NCBI GenBank assembly: GCA_965243305.1 | Contig: CBDEUN010000003.1 | Coordinates: 768,465 to 832,464 of the forward strand | Length of the DNA: 64,000 nt | Reading direction: 5' to 3' | DNA from: Arenicellales bacterium | GTDB lineage: Bacteria; Pseudomonadota; Gammaproteobacteria; Arenicellales; JAJDZL01 | Part shown: positions 47,738 through 57,767 of the stretch, one piece after another | How positions within the stretch are numbered: position 1 is the stretch's first letter | How the letters are laid out: every line of letters starts with the position of its first letter | The notes under the pieces: model-generated | Told to the model about the DNA's origin: nothing | The model's input: only the letters and a program-made list of their open reading frames with translations | The model's database searches: none | Made by a program: the position numbers and the translations under genes

Positions 47738-48540
47738 GCGAGATGCCACTGCTGACCGTCAACAACGTGTTCGTAGAGCGGCAACAGCGTGTGCTGCTCG
47801 GAGACATATCGCTAAGTCTCCAACAGGGCGAATTGTTGGGACTACTTGGTCCCAATGGGGCTGGTAAGAGTACGTTGATGAAAGCCTTGGTTCAATTACT
47901 GCCATATCGCGGTGAGATTCGCTGTCAGGGAAAGTCACTACAACAGGTTTCTGCTGCCGAGCGCGCCAGGTTGATAGCATATCTGGAACAGTCTGTCCAG
48001 ACCGGTTGGCCAATCGCGGTGCGTGACTATGTCGCGCTGGGACGCCTGCCTCACCGCCGATTCTGGTTTCGCAACTCGCATCAGCATCGTGACTGGAAGG
48101 CTGTTGAAACGGCCATTGCACAGGCCGACCTCGGTGGTCTGGACGACCGGCCCGTGGCAGAACTGTCCGGCGGAGAGTTTGCCCGCGTACGGCTTGCTCG
48201 AGCACTGGCAGTACAAGCTCCCTTGTTGCTGGCCGATGAACCAGTGTCGGTACTCGATCCCTTTCACCAGTTGCAAGTAATGGAATTGCTACGGCAGCAA
48301 TGCCGTGACGGCAAAGCTGGTATCGTCGTGCTGCATGACCTCACCCTAGCCAGTCGTTTCTGCGACCGCCTCATGTTGCTGGACAAAGGCCGCCCGGTCG
48401 CAGCAGGTGTACCAAAACAGGTTCTCACACCAGCTAATTTGCAACAGGTCTATCAGGTGCAGGCCATGGTTGGCGAGCACCAACAGCAACCCTACATTTT
48501 GCCATGGACCCGCCATACCACCGAGTCCCCAGGCGAATGA
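47734..48540 (+). CDS. ABC transporter ATP-binding protein (FecE/BtuD family), second importer
   Basis: 268 aa. GPNGAGKSTLMK, LSGGEFARVRLARA, LLLADEPVSVLD. Confidence 0.8.
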   Translation: MSEMPLLTVNNVFVERQQRVLLGDISLSLQQGELLGLLGPNGAGKSTLMKALVQLLPYRGEIRCQGKSLQQVSAAERARLIAYLEQSVQTGWPIAVRDYVALGRLPHRRFWFRNSHQHRDWKAVETAIAQADLGGLDDRPVAELSGGEFARVRLARALAVQAPLLLADEPVSVLDPFHQLQVMELLRQQCRDGKAGIVVLHDLTLASRFCDRLMLLDKGRPVAAGVPKQVLTPANLQQVYQVQAMVGEHQQQPYILPWTRHTTESPGE

Positions 48541-48875
48541 GAAGTCGATGCCGACCAAGTTTATTTGAGATACCTGTAACGATGACATTCATCATCCCGC
48601 AGTTGCTAACCGGGTACCGCAATACCATTGACTTTAGGTATAAAGCAACCAATTTGGATCAATTTATGCAGGTTAATGCACAGAATTGGCTAAATTTGCA
48701 ACGATATTTTGGAAAATGATAGGATTAACAACTTTTAGAATGCAAATGACTATAGATAGCGACATGACGGGGCGCCGACGCTCCGTTACCGACCAGGAAC
48801 GGAACCCACGCAGCAGAAATGCATCACCCATCTACCGGCACGGTTTTCCCGGATTCACTTCGAAGGCACCTGACC

Positions 48876-49961
48876 ATGTACAGTAAAAATCATCACAAAA
48901 TTCCGGCAACGGTAGTTACCGGCTTTCTGGGTAGCGGCAAGACTACGTTGCTGAGAAACCTGCTCAATCATGCAGGGGGCAGACGCATCGCAGTCATTGT
49001 TAACGAGTTCGGCGAGCTAGGAATCGATGGCGAGATTCTCAAGGGTTGTGGAATCGGCTGTGAGGAAGAAGGCAGTGAAGCTGGAAACCTGTACGAACTG
49101 GCCAACGGCTGTCTGTGCTGCACGGTACAGGAAGAGTTTTTCCCAGTGATGCAGGAACTGATTAAGCGCCGCGATCAGATTGACCATATTCTGATTGAAA
49201 CTTCCGGGTTAGCGCTCCCAAAACCACTGGTTCAAGCCTTCCGCTGGCCGGAGATCAGAAATGCCTGCACCGTGGATGCGGTGATATGCGTGGTCGATAC
49301 CCCAGCGGTGGCAGCGGGTCGATTTGCCGCCAACCCTGATGCTGTCCAGTTGCAGCGTGAGGCCGACGACAACCTGGACCACCAATCGTCATTGCACGAG
49401 TTGTTCGAAGATCAGCTCAGCGCCGCCGACCTAGTAATACTTAGCAAAACCGACTTGGTGGATGAAGCGGCCATCGCCGCGGTCACAGAGGATGTCGGAA
49501 ACGAAGTGCCGGAACAGGTGAAGCTCATTCGCAGCACTACTGACGGTGTCGACATAAGCCTGCTGTTGGGGCTGGATCGTTCCTCTGAAGAGACTATACA
49601 CCTGCGTGCGAGTCACCACGATCATGCGCATGGCGATGATGACGAGGATCACCATCATGATCATGGTCACGACCAGTTCGACTCAATTGTGGTCGAGTTG
49701 GCGGCGGTAGAGAAAGTGCCGCTGTTCACAGCGCTGGAGCAATTGGTGAAAGACAATGCCCTATACCGCATCAAGGGCTTCGTCGCCTTGCCAGGCAAGC
49801 CGATGCGTCTGGTAGTGCACGGTGTTGGTACCCGCTTCGATAGTTATTTCGATCGTCGTTGGCCGACCGATACAGTACCCAGCACCCGTCTGGTTCTGAT
49901 TGGCAAAGATCTCGACCCCACAGACATGCAGCAACAGCTCGAAACCAAACTGGGCTGCTAA
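48876..49961 (+). CDS. cobW: CobW (COG0523 GTPase, cobalt chaperone type)
   Basis: IPATVVTGFLGSGKTTLL...NGCLCCT (the CxCC motif) ... His/Asp-rich HHDHAHGDDDEDHHHDHGHD. Directly upstream of cobN. ATG 48876 is preferred over 48819. Confidence 0.85.
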   Translation: MYSKNHHKIPATVVTGFLGSGKTTLLRNLLNHAGGRRIAVIVNEFGELGIDGEILKGCGIGCEEEGSEAGNLYELANGCLCCTVQEEFFPVMQELIKRRDQIDHILIETSGLALPKPLVQAFRWPEIRNACTVDAVICVVDTPAVAAGRFAANPDAVQLQREADDNLDHQSSLHELFEDQLSAADLVILSKTDLVDEAAIAAVTEDVGNEVPEQVKLIRSTTDGVDISLLLGLDRSSEETIHLRASHHDHAHGDDDEDHHHDHGHDQFDSIVVELAAVEKVPLFTALEQLVKDNALYRIKGFVALPGKPMRLVVHGVGTRFDSYFDRRWPTDTVPSTRLVLIGKDLDPTDMQQQLETKLGC

Positions 49962-49972
49962 GGGAAATCGGG

Positions 49973-52900
49973 ATGCATATGCTTGCGGCACAGCCTGGTG
50001 GTTTTGTCGATGATGACTCGATCATCATGCGCTTGGATCAGACACCCGCCGATCTCGTGATCCTCAGTGCCGCTGACACCACCCTTGCTTTACTCGCTGC
50101 CCAGCACCCGCGTGTAAGCGACGACTGGATGCTACCGGACTATCCCGAAGTGCGCCTGGCCAATCTACTGCACCTGCGTCAACACGCCTCCATCGACCTA
50201 TATATTGATGAAGTGCTTCAGCACGCCAAAGTAATCGTGATTGATCATCTGGGAGGGGAAAGTTACTGGCCCTATGGCACCCAGCGCGTTGTCGAGCTAT
50301 GCCATAACCGTGGGATTGTCCTGCTGATGTTTTCTGGTGACAATAGCGAAGACCTCATGCTGCTACAGAAAAGCACAGCGGCGATGGATGTATGCCGCCA
50401 GTGCTGGCGCTACCTGCGCGAAGGTGGTGCCGACAATGCACAACAACTGTACCGTTATCTGGCACAGCAGTTCTTCGACCAGGATATCCCTGTGTTGCCG
50501 CCAAAACCGATTCCGGCAATAACCGTTTTTCATCCACACAAGCCCATAGCCACCAGTGATGACTGGCACAGAGACTGGGACGACACGCATGCCATCATAG
50601 TCGTAGTTTTCTATCGTTCCCATTTGCAGGCCGGAAACACCAAGGCTTTCAGTGCATTGTGTGATGAACTGCTGCGACAGGGATTCAATCCACTGCCGGT
50701 GGCGCTGAGTTCACTGAAAGACGAGCTTTGCCTGGAAACCCTGCGACAGCTCTGCCGTGAGCACAATGCCCAACTGCTGTTGAATACCACTGCCTTTGCA
50801 ATCTCTTCGGTGAATACCGAAGGCGGTTCGTATCAGGCACTGGTGGATGATCTACCAGTGTTGCAATTGATCATGAGCGGCGACAACCAGCAACGGTGGC
50901 AGGAAGATGCCCACGGTCTGCGCCCCCGGGACATGGCCATGCATGTAGCCCTGCCCGAAGTGGACGGGCGCATTATCAGCCGTGCGATCAGTTTCAAAGG
51001 TCTCAACTATCACTGCGAACAGACTCAGACTGATGTGGTGCAGTATCAGCCACATCGCGAACGCATCGCTTTTGTCGCTCAGCTGGCTGCTAGCTGGTGC
51101 CGACTGCGGGCGAAAGCCAACAGTGAGAAACGGATTGCCTTCATTCTAGCCAACTATCCAACCCGCGAAGGGCGGCTCGGTAATGGTGTCGGGCTGGATA
51201 CGCCGGCTTCGGTGATCACGATACTGCACGCACTACAGCAGCAGGGTTACTCGATCGATAGTCCGCCGCCGGATGGCGATACGTTAATGCATGAATTACA
51301 ACAGGGTATCACCAACGATCCGAGCAACTGGTCACTGCGCCTCGCACGGCAAAGCCTGGCGATGGCTGACTACTTGGAATTTTTAGCGCAATTGCCGAAG
51401 GCAAGCCGCGAAGCGGTCAATGCCCGCTGGGGGCCGCCACACAGCGATCCGATGCTGAGGCAGAATCGCTTCATGATCGCCGGCTTGCGCTGTGGTCAAA
51501 TTTTTATTGGCATCCAGCCGGCTCGAGGCTATCACCTCGACCCGATGGCCAGTTATCACGACCCGGATCTTATTCCACCTCACTGCTACCTGGCCTTCTA
51601 CTGCTGGTTGCGCCATCACTACCACTGTGACGCAATCGTACATGTTGGCAAGCACGGCAATCTCGAATGGTTGCCTGGTAAGAGTGTGGCGCTCAGTACG
51701 GAATGCTGGCCGGATCTGATTTTTGGTCCCATGCCTCATCTCTACCCGTTTATTGTCAACGACCCCGGTGAAGGTGCCCAGGCCAAACGCCGCGCACAGG
51801 CAGTGATCATCGACCACCTTATGCCGCCGCTGACGCGCGCGGAAAACTATGGTCCATTGCAGGATCTGGAGCGGTTGCTGGATGAATTTTATGAAGCAAG
51901 AACGATGGACCCCAAACGCGAAAAGCTTTTGCGCACGGAGGTTCTGAAGCACATCCTAACGCAGGACCTGCACCGTGATCTGGGCATTGCACAACCGCAG
52001 AATGAAGAGGAAGAACAGGCGTTGCTGAACAGTACAGATGCCTATCTTTGTGAATTGAAAGAGAGCCAGATCCGCGATGGACTGCATATATTCGGCCATT
52101 CCCCGGCTGGCCAACAGGCCAGCGATACTTTAGTGGCACTAGCGCGTTACCCAGTAGGTCGGGGTGAAGGATCTCACAACAGCCTGATTCGTGCCCTGGC
52201 TGAGGATCTACTGCATACGGGGGAAACAGGTGATCAGGACGAATTCGATCCCCTGGATGCAGACTGGCAGCAAAGCTGGCAAGGAGTACGCCCGGCCCGC
52301 TTGCAGCAAGTGAGCGAGGAACCGTGGCGTAGTTGTGGCGACACCCGCGAGCGACTCGAGTGGCTCGCCCTAGACCTGTTGCAACAACGCGTAGCGCCGA
52401 ATGATTTGCAACTTCAGGGGCTGACGGCTACTGCCCTAGTGATGTCGCGCGTTTATGACGATCTGCAGCCGCGGCTAAACGCCTGTGGCGAAGAGGAAGT
52501 CCATCAACTGATGCAAGGGCTGAACGGACGCTTTGTTCCTCCCGGACCTAGCGGCGCGCCTTCGCGCGGTCGCCCTGATGTCTTGCCGACCGGAAAAAAT
52601 TTTTTCTCCGTTGATACACGAAGCATCCCAACTCAGGCCAGCTGGACTTTGGGCTGGCGCTCGGCGGAGTTGTTGGTGGAAAAATATCTGCTTGAGGAGG
52701 GAGATTATCCCAGTGCGATCGGCTTGTCGGTTTGGGGCACTGCAACCATGCGCACCGGTGGCGATGACATTGCCCAGGCCTTTGCCCTGATTGGTGTGAG
52801 GCCGAAGTGGGCGGAGGGTAGCCATCGGGTTACTGATTTCGAAATTCTTCCGCTGATGTTTCTCGACCGTCCCCGGGTGGATGTCACGCTACGAGTTTCA

Positions 52901-53791
52901 GGTTTTTTCCGCGATGCATTTCAAGGTCTAATCCATCTGTTTGATGCTGCGATTCAGGCCGTTGCCGAACTGGATGAACCCGCGGAAATGAATCCGATTC
53001 GCGATCGGGTCCAACGCGAGACACGAACCCTGTTGGAGCAAGGGCATAGTGCGAAACAAGCACGACAACTGGCGGGCTACCGTATCTTTGGCGCCAAGCC
53101 AGGCGCATATGGTGCTGGGCTTCAGGGGCTGATCGACGGCGGACATTGGCAGGATGATGAGGACCTTGCGACGGCGTACCGCAATTGGGGTGGTTATGCC
53201 TATGGCCAACAAACTTATGGAGAAGCGGCTCACGAACGATTCAGTGAGCGCCTGACCCAAGTGGAACTGGTAATACAAAATCAGGATAACCGCGAGCATG
53301 ATCTGCTTGATTCCGATGACTACTACCAGTTCCAAGGCGGAATGACCGCTGCAATACGTCACTATAGGGGACAGCAGCCGATAGCCTATTTTGGGGATCA
53401 CAGCAATCCGCAAGCGCCGAAAATGCGCAGCCTGGAACAGGAGATCAGCCGCGTGATGCGTGCTCGGGTGACCAATCCGAAGTGGATCGACGGCGTCAAA
53501 CGCCACGGGTACAAAGGCGCTTTCGAAATGGCAGCAACCGTGGACTACCTGTTTGCCTATGACGCCACCGCACGCGTGGTGCGCGATGACCAGTATGCAC
53601 AGCTTGCGGATGCCTACTTGCACAACCCGGACCGTCGCGAATTTTTGCAACAGCACAATCCTGCCGCATTGCATGACATCTGTGAGCGCTTACTGGAAGC
53701 CATGCAGCGCGGACTGTGGCAGGAACCCGCGGATCACCAACCGCGAATTGAAGAATACCTGCTTGATAATGAACAACGGATGGAAGGTTAG
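49973..53791 (+). CDS. cobN: Cobaltochelatase large subunit CobN
   Basis: About 1272 aa from ATG 49973. CobN/Mg-chelatase H family throughout (..ILANYPTREGRLGNGVGLDTP.., ..HVGKHGNLEWLPGK.., ..GRPDVLPTGKNF..). Confidence 0.9.
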   Translation: MHMLAAQPGGFVDDDSIIMRLDQTPADLVILSAADTTLALLAAQHPRVSDDWMLPDYPEVRLANLLHLRQHASIDLYIDEVLQHAKVIVIDHLGGESYWPYGTQRVVELCHNRGIVLLMFSGDNSEDLMLLQKSTAAMDVCRQCWRYLREGGADNAQQLYRYLAQQFFDQDIPVLPPKPIPAITVFHPHKPIATSDDWHRDWDDTHAIIVVVFYRSHLQAGNTKAFSALCDELLRQGFNPLPVALSSLKDELCLETLRQLCREHNAQLLLNTTAFAISSVNTEGGSYQALVDDLPVLQLIMSGDNQQRWQEDAHGLRPRDMAMHVALPEVDGRIISRAISFKGLNYHCEQTQTDVVQYQPHRERIAFVAQLAASWCRLRAKANSEKRIAFILANYPTREGRLGNGVGLDTPASVITILHALQQQGYSIDSPPPDGDTLMHELQQGITNDPSNWSLRLARQSLAMADYLEFLAQLPKASREAVNARWGPPHSDPMLRQNRFMIAGLRCGQIFIGIQPARGYHLDPMASYHDPDLIPPHCYLAFYCWLRHHYHCDAIVHVGKHGNLEWLPGKSVALSTECWPDLIFGPMPHLYPFIVNDPGEGAQAKRRAQAVIIDHLMPPLTRAENYGPLQDLERLLDEFYEARTMDPKREKLLRTEVLKHILTQDLHRDLGIAQPQNEEEEQALLNSTDAYLCELKESQIRDGLHIFGHSPAGQQASDTLVALARYPVGRGEGSHNSLIRALAEDLLHTGETGDQDEFDPLDADWQQSWQGVRPARLQQVSEEPWRSCGDTRERLEWLALDLLQQRVAPNDLQLQGLTATALVMSRVYDDLQPRLNACGEEEVHQLMQGLNGRFVPPGPSGAPSRGRPDVLPTGKNFFSVDTRSIPTQASWTLGWRSAELLVEKYLLEEGDYPSAIGLSVWGTATMRTGGDDIAQAFALIGVRPKWAEGSHRVTDFEILPLMFLDRPRVDVTLRVSGFFRDAFQGLIHLFDAAIQAVAELDEPAEMNPIRDRVQRETRTLLEQGHSAKQARQLAGYRIFGAKPGAYGAGLQGLIDGGHWQDDEDLATAYRNWGGYAYGQQTYGEAAHERFSERLTQVELVIQNQDNREHDLLDSDDYYQFQGGMTAAIRHYRGQQPIAYFGDHSNPQAPKMRSLEQEISRVMRARVTNPKWIDGVKRHGYKGAFEMAATVDYLFAYDATARVVRDDQYAQLADAYLHNPDRREFLQQHNPAALHDICERLLEAMQRGLWQEPADHQPRIEEYLLDNEQRMEG

Positions 53792-53846
53792 ATATCATAC
53801 CTGTCGAAATAGCAAGCGCAGAGTCCTTACGGAGACGAGACTCATC

Positions 53847-54923
53847 ATGAATCAAGTCAAGGAATACCATTTCCCATTCAGTGCACTGGAAGGCCAGCAG
53901 TCTTTGCAGACCGCCCTTTTACTGAGTGCGATCGACCCGCTAATCGGTGGCGTGCTGATTGACGGTCCACGAGGTACAGCCAAATCCACGGCAGCGCGCG
54001 GACTGGCGGATCTGCTGAACGAAGCCAAGCTGGTGAACCTGCCACTGGCGGCTAGCGAGGAACAGTTAATCGGTTCGCTGAATATCGAAGCGGCGCTGCA
54101 GGATGGCCGAGTGGATTTCAAGCCAGGGTTACTGGCGGCAGCCCATAACGGCGTACTCTATGTGGATGAAGTCAACTTGCTGCCAGATCATCTGGTGGAT
54201 GCCTTGTTGGATGTGTCAGCTAGCGGCATCAATCGTATTGAGCGCGATGGCATTTCCCATCAGCATCCGGCGCGGTTCGTCCTGATTGGCACCATGAATC
54301 CTGAAGAAGGACATTTGCGTCCACAGCTGCTGGACCGATTCGGCCTCTATCTGCAGCTGCCTCCCCGAATTGAGCCTTCTGTTCGCCAGCGTATTGTCCA
54401 GATTCGCCTGGATTTCGATCACGATCCAAAGGCTTTCACTGTCCGATTTCAGGCCGCGCAGCAGGCAATGCGGCAGCGACTGCAACAAGCCCGCGAGCGA
54501 TTGGAGGAGATCGATTTTTCCGAGGCGCTTGCAAGCAGGGTGGCTGAGATCTGTTACCAGGCTCATGTGGAAGGCGTGCGTGCCGATTTGACACTGCTGC
54601 GAGCGGCGCGGGCTCACGCCGCCTGGCAGGAGCGTGATGACATCACCGATGAGGATTTGGAGGCGGTAAAAGGCTGGGTATTGGCGCACCGTCTGCGGGA
54701 ACCTGAGACGGCTCCGGCAGATGCAATGTCCCCGACTTTCCCTGTGTTCGATCCCTCACATAAATCAACCTCAAGCGAGTATTTGGATTCAGACCAACCC
54801 GAACAAGATCAAGCAGAGCCGGGTGGGGATCAGGACTGGGGAGCAATGCCACCAGAAACACCGGATATTGCCATGGTGAAGTCAATAAAACCACTGTGGT
54901 CAAAAAAAAAACTAAAAAAGTAA
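53847..54923 (+). CDS. ChlI/BchI-like AAA+ chelatase module plus acidic/Pro-rich linker (zero-frame product of a ChlD-like gene)
   Basis: MNQVKEYHFPFSALEGQQSLQTALLLSAIDPLIGGVLIDGPRGTAKST (Walker A) ...VLYVDEVNLL (Walker B)... The tail PEQDQAEPGGDQDWGAMPPETPD resembles the ChlD linker. The ORF ends 4 codons after an A10 run. Confidence 0.75.
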   Translation: MNQVKEYHFPFSALEGQQSLQTALLLSAIDPLIGGVLIDGPRGTAKSTAARGLADLLNEAKLVNLPLAASEEQLIGSLNIEAALQDGRVDFKPGLLAAAHNGVLYVDEVNLLPDHLVDALLDVSASGINRIERDGISHQHPARFVLIGTMNPEEGHLRPQLLDRFGLYLQLPPRIEPSVRQRIVQIRLDFDHDPKAFTVRFQAAQQAMRQRLQQARERLEEIDFSEALASRVAEICYQAHVEGVRADLTLLRAARAHAAWQERDDITDEDLEAVKGWVLAHRLREPETAPADAMSPTFPVFDPSHKSTSSEYLDSDQPEQDQAEPGGDQDWGAMPPETPDIAMVKSIKPLWSKKKLKK

Positions 54924-55639
54924 CCGGTCAACAGCGGAGCCAGCGGAAACAAACTGCTATACGAATACCGACGGAACGTCGCGTAACGAACACGACTCCC
55001 GTTTCCTCCACCACTTCCAGCACGGCCAATGCTCCTTATGGTCAACTCAGCCAGACAGTGCGCTGGCCGCGAACCTTGATCCAGAAAGCCAATCAACCTT
55101 TATCAGAACAACATTTGTGTTACCAGATCCGCCGCCCAGCCGCGAATCGGATGTGCTGCCTGTTACTCGATTGCTCTGCTTCCATGCTGCGACAACGCAA
55201 GTTGTCCCTAGCCAAAGGATTGATTCTGCAACTCGCGCAGCAAATCCATCAGAAGCGTGGACAGTTGGCGGTGATCGGTTTTCGTGGCGATCAGGCCTCC
55301 ATCCTGAAACATCCCAATCAACTCACTAGCATGAATGAGCACTGGATTCGCAGTATTCAGGGCGGCGGCGGTACTCCGCTTCGCCAAGGTATTGAGGCTG
55401 CAGAGCGGTTTCTCCAGCGTTATCTGCAACAGTTTCCCGGGTTGACCGTTGATTGCTGGCTACTGACCGATGGACGATTTCGTGAAATTCCTGAAGCCCC
55501 ACCGGGGGCAAGTCATTACACTGTGATAGATTTTGAAGATGGGAGGCTGCGCCTTGCCAGAGCGCAGCAACTCGCATATCGATGGCACGCGGACTACCTG
55601 CGGGCGGCCGATGTGTTGGAAATGGATGAGTATGTCTAA
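54896..55639 (+). CDS. ChlD C-terminal vWA (MIDAS) domain, in the -1 frame relative to the preceding AAA+ ORF
   Basis: ...VRWPRTL...CCLLLDCSASMLRQRKLSLAKGLILQLAQQIHQKRGQLAVIGFRGDQASILKHP...GGGGTPLRQGIEAAERFL is the ChlD/CobT vWA pattern. The only in-frame start is a GTG with no Shine-Dalgarno (SD) sequence, inside the upstream ORF. Confidence 0.7.
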   Translation: MVKKKTKKVTGQQRSQRKQTAIRIPTERRVTNTTPVSSTTSSTANAPYGQLSQTVRWPRTLIQKANQPLSEQHLCYQIRRPAANRMCCLLLDCSASMLRQRKLSLAKGLILQLAQQIHQKRGQLAVIGFRGDQASILKHPNQLTSMNEHWIRSIQGGGGTPLRQGIEAAERFLQRYLQQFPGLTVDCWLLTDGRFREIPEAPPGASHYTVIDFEDGRLRLARAQQLAYRWHADYLRAADVLEMDEYV

Positions 55640-56000
55640 TCGCTCACCAGTGATCGTCGATGAACAGGCAGCCGCTTTGATCGGCATCTGAAGGCCAGTG
55701 GATCTAGCAGCTGATGAGTCTGTAAATATCGATATTTAAGACCGATACATTTATGGATTTTGTCGGCTTTTTCACTGGCACCATGTCGTGTGCTTAAGTC
55801 GTTTCAATCGTTGAATACTGGTCGCGATTCGGTCTTTGATTATCTCTTGCAGCGACCTTTAGTCTGGCTGGCGTATCGAGAAGACAATTTGGTTTGCTGA
55901 CCTAGTCAGGATCATAGCGTGTTCCTGTGGCTAACGGCACCCAGGCAATCCGGGAATTAGTGTTCACCATTAACGTATTATTTCTTGCGGTATAGAATAT

Positions 56001-56023
56001 TTAATGTTATAATATAACATTTC
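56001..56023 (+). promoter_or_regulatory. Zur box
   Basis: TTAATGTTATAATATAACATTTC has perfect 8-nt arms AATGTTAT / ATAACATT around AAT. It matches the gammaproteobacterial Zur operator GAAATGTTATAWTATAACATTTC. It lies 100 nt upstream of the COG0523 gene. Confidence 0.75.
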
Positions 56024-56122
56024 TTGATTAGAATAAACCAAGTATCCCGAGATGAAAGGTTACCGCCTCAACCACGACGGCCAGAAGAACTGTATTCCTG
56101 ATTGAACCAGAAGAGGAATTCG

Positions 56123-57364
56123 ATGACCCTGAAAGAACAAACCAGATTCAACCATCCACGCCTCCCTGTAACCGTTCTGTCGGGTTTTCTCGGGGCGGGG
56201 AAGACAACGCTCCTCAATCAAGTACTCAACAACCGACAGGGGCGGCGAGTCGCGCTAATTGTGAACGATATGAGCGAGATTAACATCGACGCAACGCTCG
56301 TAGAGCGCGGCGGCTCGGAACTCTCGCGCACCGAGGAGAAGCTGGTCGAGATGTCGAATGGGTGCATCTGCTGCACTCTTCGTGATGACCTTCTTGCGGA
56401 GGTGTCACGGCTTGCTCAGGAGCGACGCTTCGACTACCTGCTCATTGAGTCCACGGGGATCTCGGAGCCTATCCCCGTGGCACAGACTTTCACCTTTGAG
56501 GACGAGAACGGGGTGAGTTTGAGCCAGTTGTCACGCCTTGATACGATGATCACCGTCGTGGATACGGCCAACTTCTTGCGAGACTACAACGCTGCCGAGG
56601 ACCTCAAGGATCGCGGCGAATCGCTGGGGGAAGAGGATTACCGCACGGTTACACACCTGCTCATCGACCAAATCGAGTTTGCCGATGTCATTGTGCTGAA
56701 CAAGCTCGATCTCGTCAGCAATGAACATGCGCTTGAAGTCGAAGCTATCGTCAAAGCGCTCAACCCCGGCGCAAAAATCATCATGGCGACGCGTGGTCAA
56801 GTGCCACTGGAATGCGTGTTCAACACGGGCCTGTTTGACTACGACAAGGCAGCGAACTCCGCTGGCTGGATGCGGGAACTCCAGAACGAGCACACGCCGG
56901 AGACCGAGGAGTACGGGATATCGAGTTTCACCTACCACACGTCACTGCCCTTTGACGCTGAGAAACTGTGGGCATTTCTGCACTACGGCGAGAACTGGCG
57001 CGGCGTGCTCCGCTCGAAGGGTGTATTTTGGGTCGCGGCTGATCATCGGGTCGCTTACGAGTGGGCTCAAGCTGGTGGTGTCAGCGATGTAAACCCCATG
57101 GGAATGTGGTGGGCAGCTGTACCTCGCGACCACTGGGGACATCCCGAGGGTCAACGACCTGACCAGCACCCTGGCTGGCATCCTCGCTTCGGTGATCGCG
57201 CGCAGAAACTCGTCTTCATCGGTCAGCGGATGGATGAGGCGACGATGCGAACTCGCCTAGACGAGTGTCTGCTCGACAAGCATTTGGCCGACGCCGACAG
57301 TGAAGTCTGGGTGGAGCTAAAGAATCCGTTTCCAGCGCTCACGATGACTGAGGAGTCAGCATGA
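56123..57364 (+). CDS. COG0523-family GTPase (zinc metallochaperone type, ZigA/YeiR-like)
   Basis: [19 protein letters not shown]...NGCICCT (CxCC)... C-terminal CobW_C domain. Preceded by the Zur box. ATG 56123 with an AGAGGAA SD is preferred over TTG 56102. Confidence 0.8.
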   Translation: MTLKEQTRFNHPRLPVTVLSGFLGAGKTTLLNQVLNNRQGRRVALIVNDMSEINIDATLVERGGSELSRTEEKLVEMSNGCICCTLRDDLLAEVSRLAQERRFDYLLIESTGISEPIPVAQTFTFEDENGVSLSQLSRLDTMITVVDTANFLRDYNAAEDLKDRGESLGEEDYRTVTHLLIDQIEFADVIVLNKLDLVSNEHALEVEAIVKALNPGAKIIMATRGQVPLECVFNTGLFDYDKAANSAGWMRELQNEHTPETEEYGISSFTYHTSLPFDAEKLWAFLHYGENWRGVLRSKGVFWVAADHRVAYEWAQAGGVSDVNPMGMWWAAVPRDHWGHPEGQRPDQHPGWHPRFGDRAQKLVFIGQRMDEATMRTRLDECLLDKHLADADSEVWVELKNPFPALTMTEESA

Positions 57365-57767
57365 CCAACGCTATCTTATCTGGAATGATATTCAGTTTAA
57401 TCACTCAGCCGGGCGGGCGAGTGGTTGTAGTGGTGAGGTAGAAAGCGCAAATTTCGCTCCAATTCGGTCGAAACGCGGTTTTATTTGTGGATTATTTGGG
57501 GTAAATGAAATTTAGGCTGTGCTTAAATCCCTGCTACTACGACAGATTTGCGCTAACAAAGTTGCCTCTTATTTGACATGAGTCACGACCAACCAATCCA
57601 ATTGTTTTGTACGACCTGCCAAGACAGCTATGGAACTGTCCAGAGAGATATCTATGGAGACATGCGTCTCGTCACTTCATTTGAACCGAAATTAGTGCAC
57701 TCTGCATTTTCCGTTCGTAACTGAATTTAACGCTGTAGCGCACGCTTCGACAAAGGAAATCCAGCTC

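Noticed and set aside
52928-53674. 248-aa minus-strand ORF, and other antisense ORFs inside cobN (51383..51952, 50363..50623)
   Set aside because: They are antisense shadows within a well-supported 1272-aa CobN frame.
31881-53847. Long N-terminal extensions in the track for cobQ (33452), cobS (36281), the second FecCD permease (46637), cobW (48819), cobN (49859) and the ChlI-like gene (53553)
   Set aside because: In each case the conserved family N-terminus begins at an internal ATG, often with an ATGA or TGATG overlap to the upstream stop. The extensions overlap the preceding gene.
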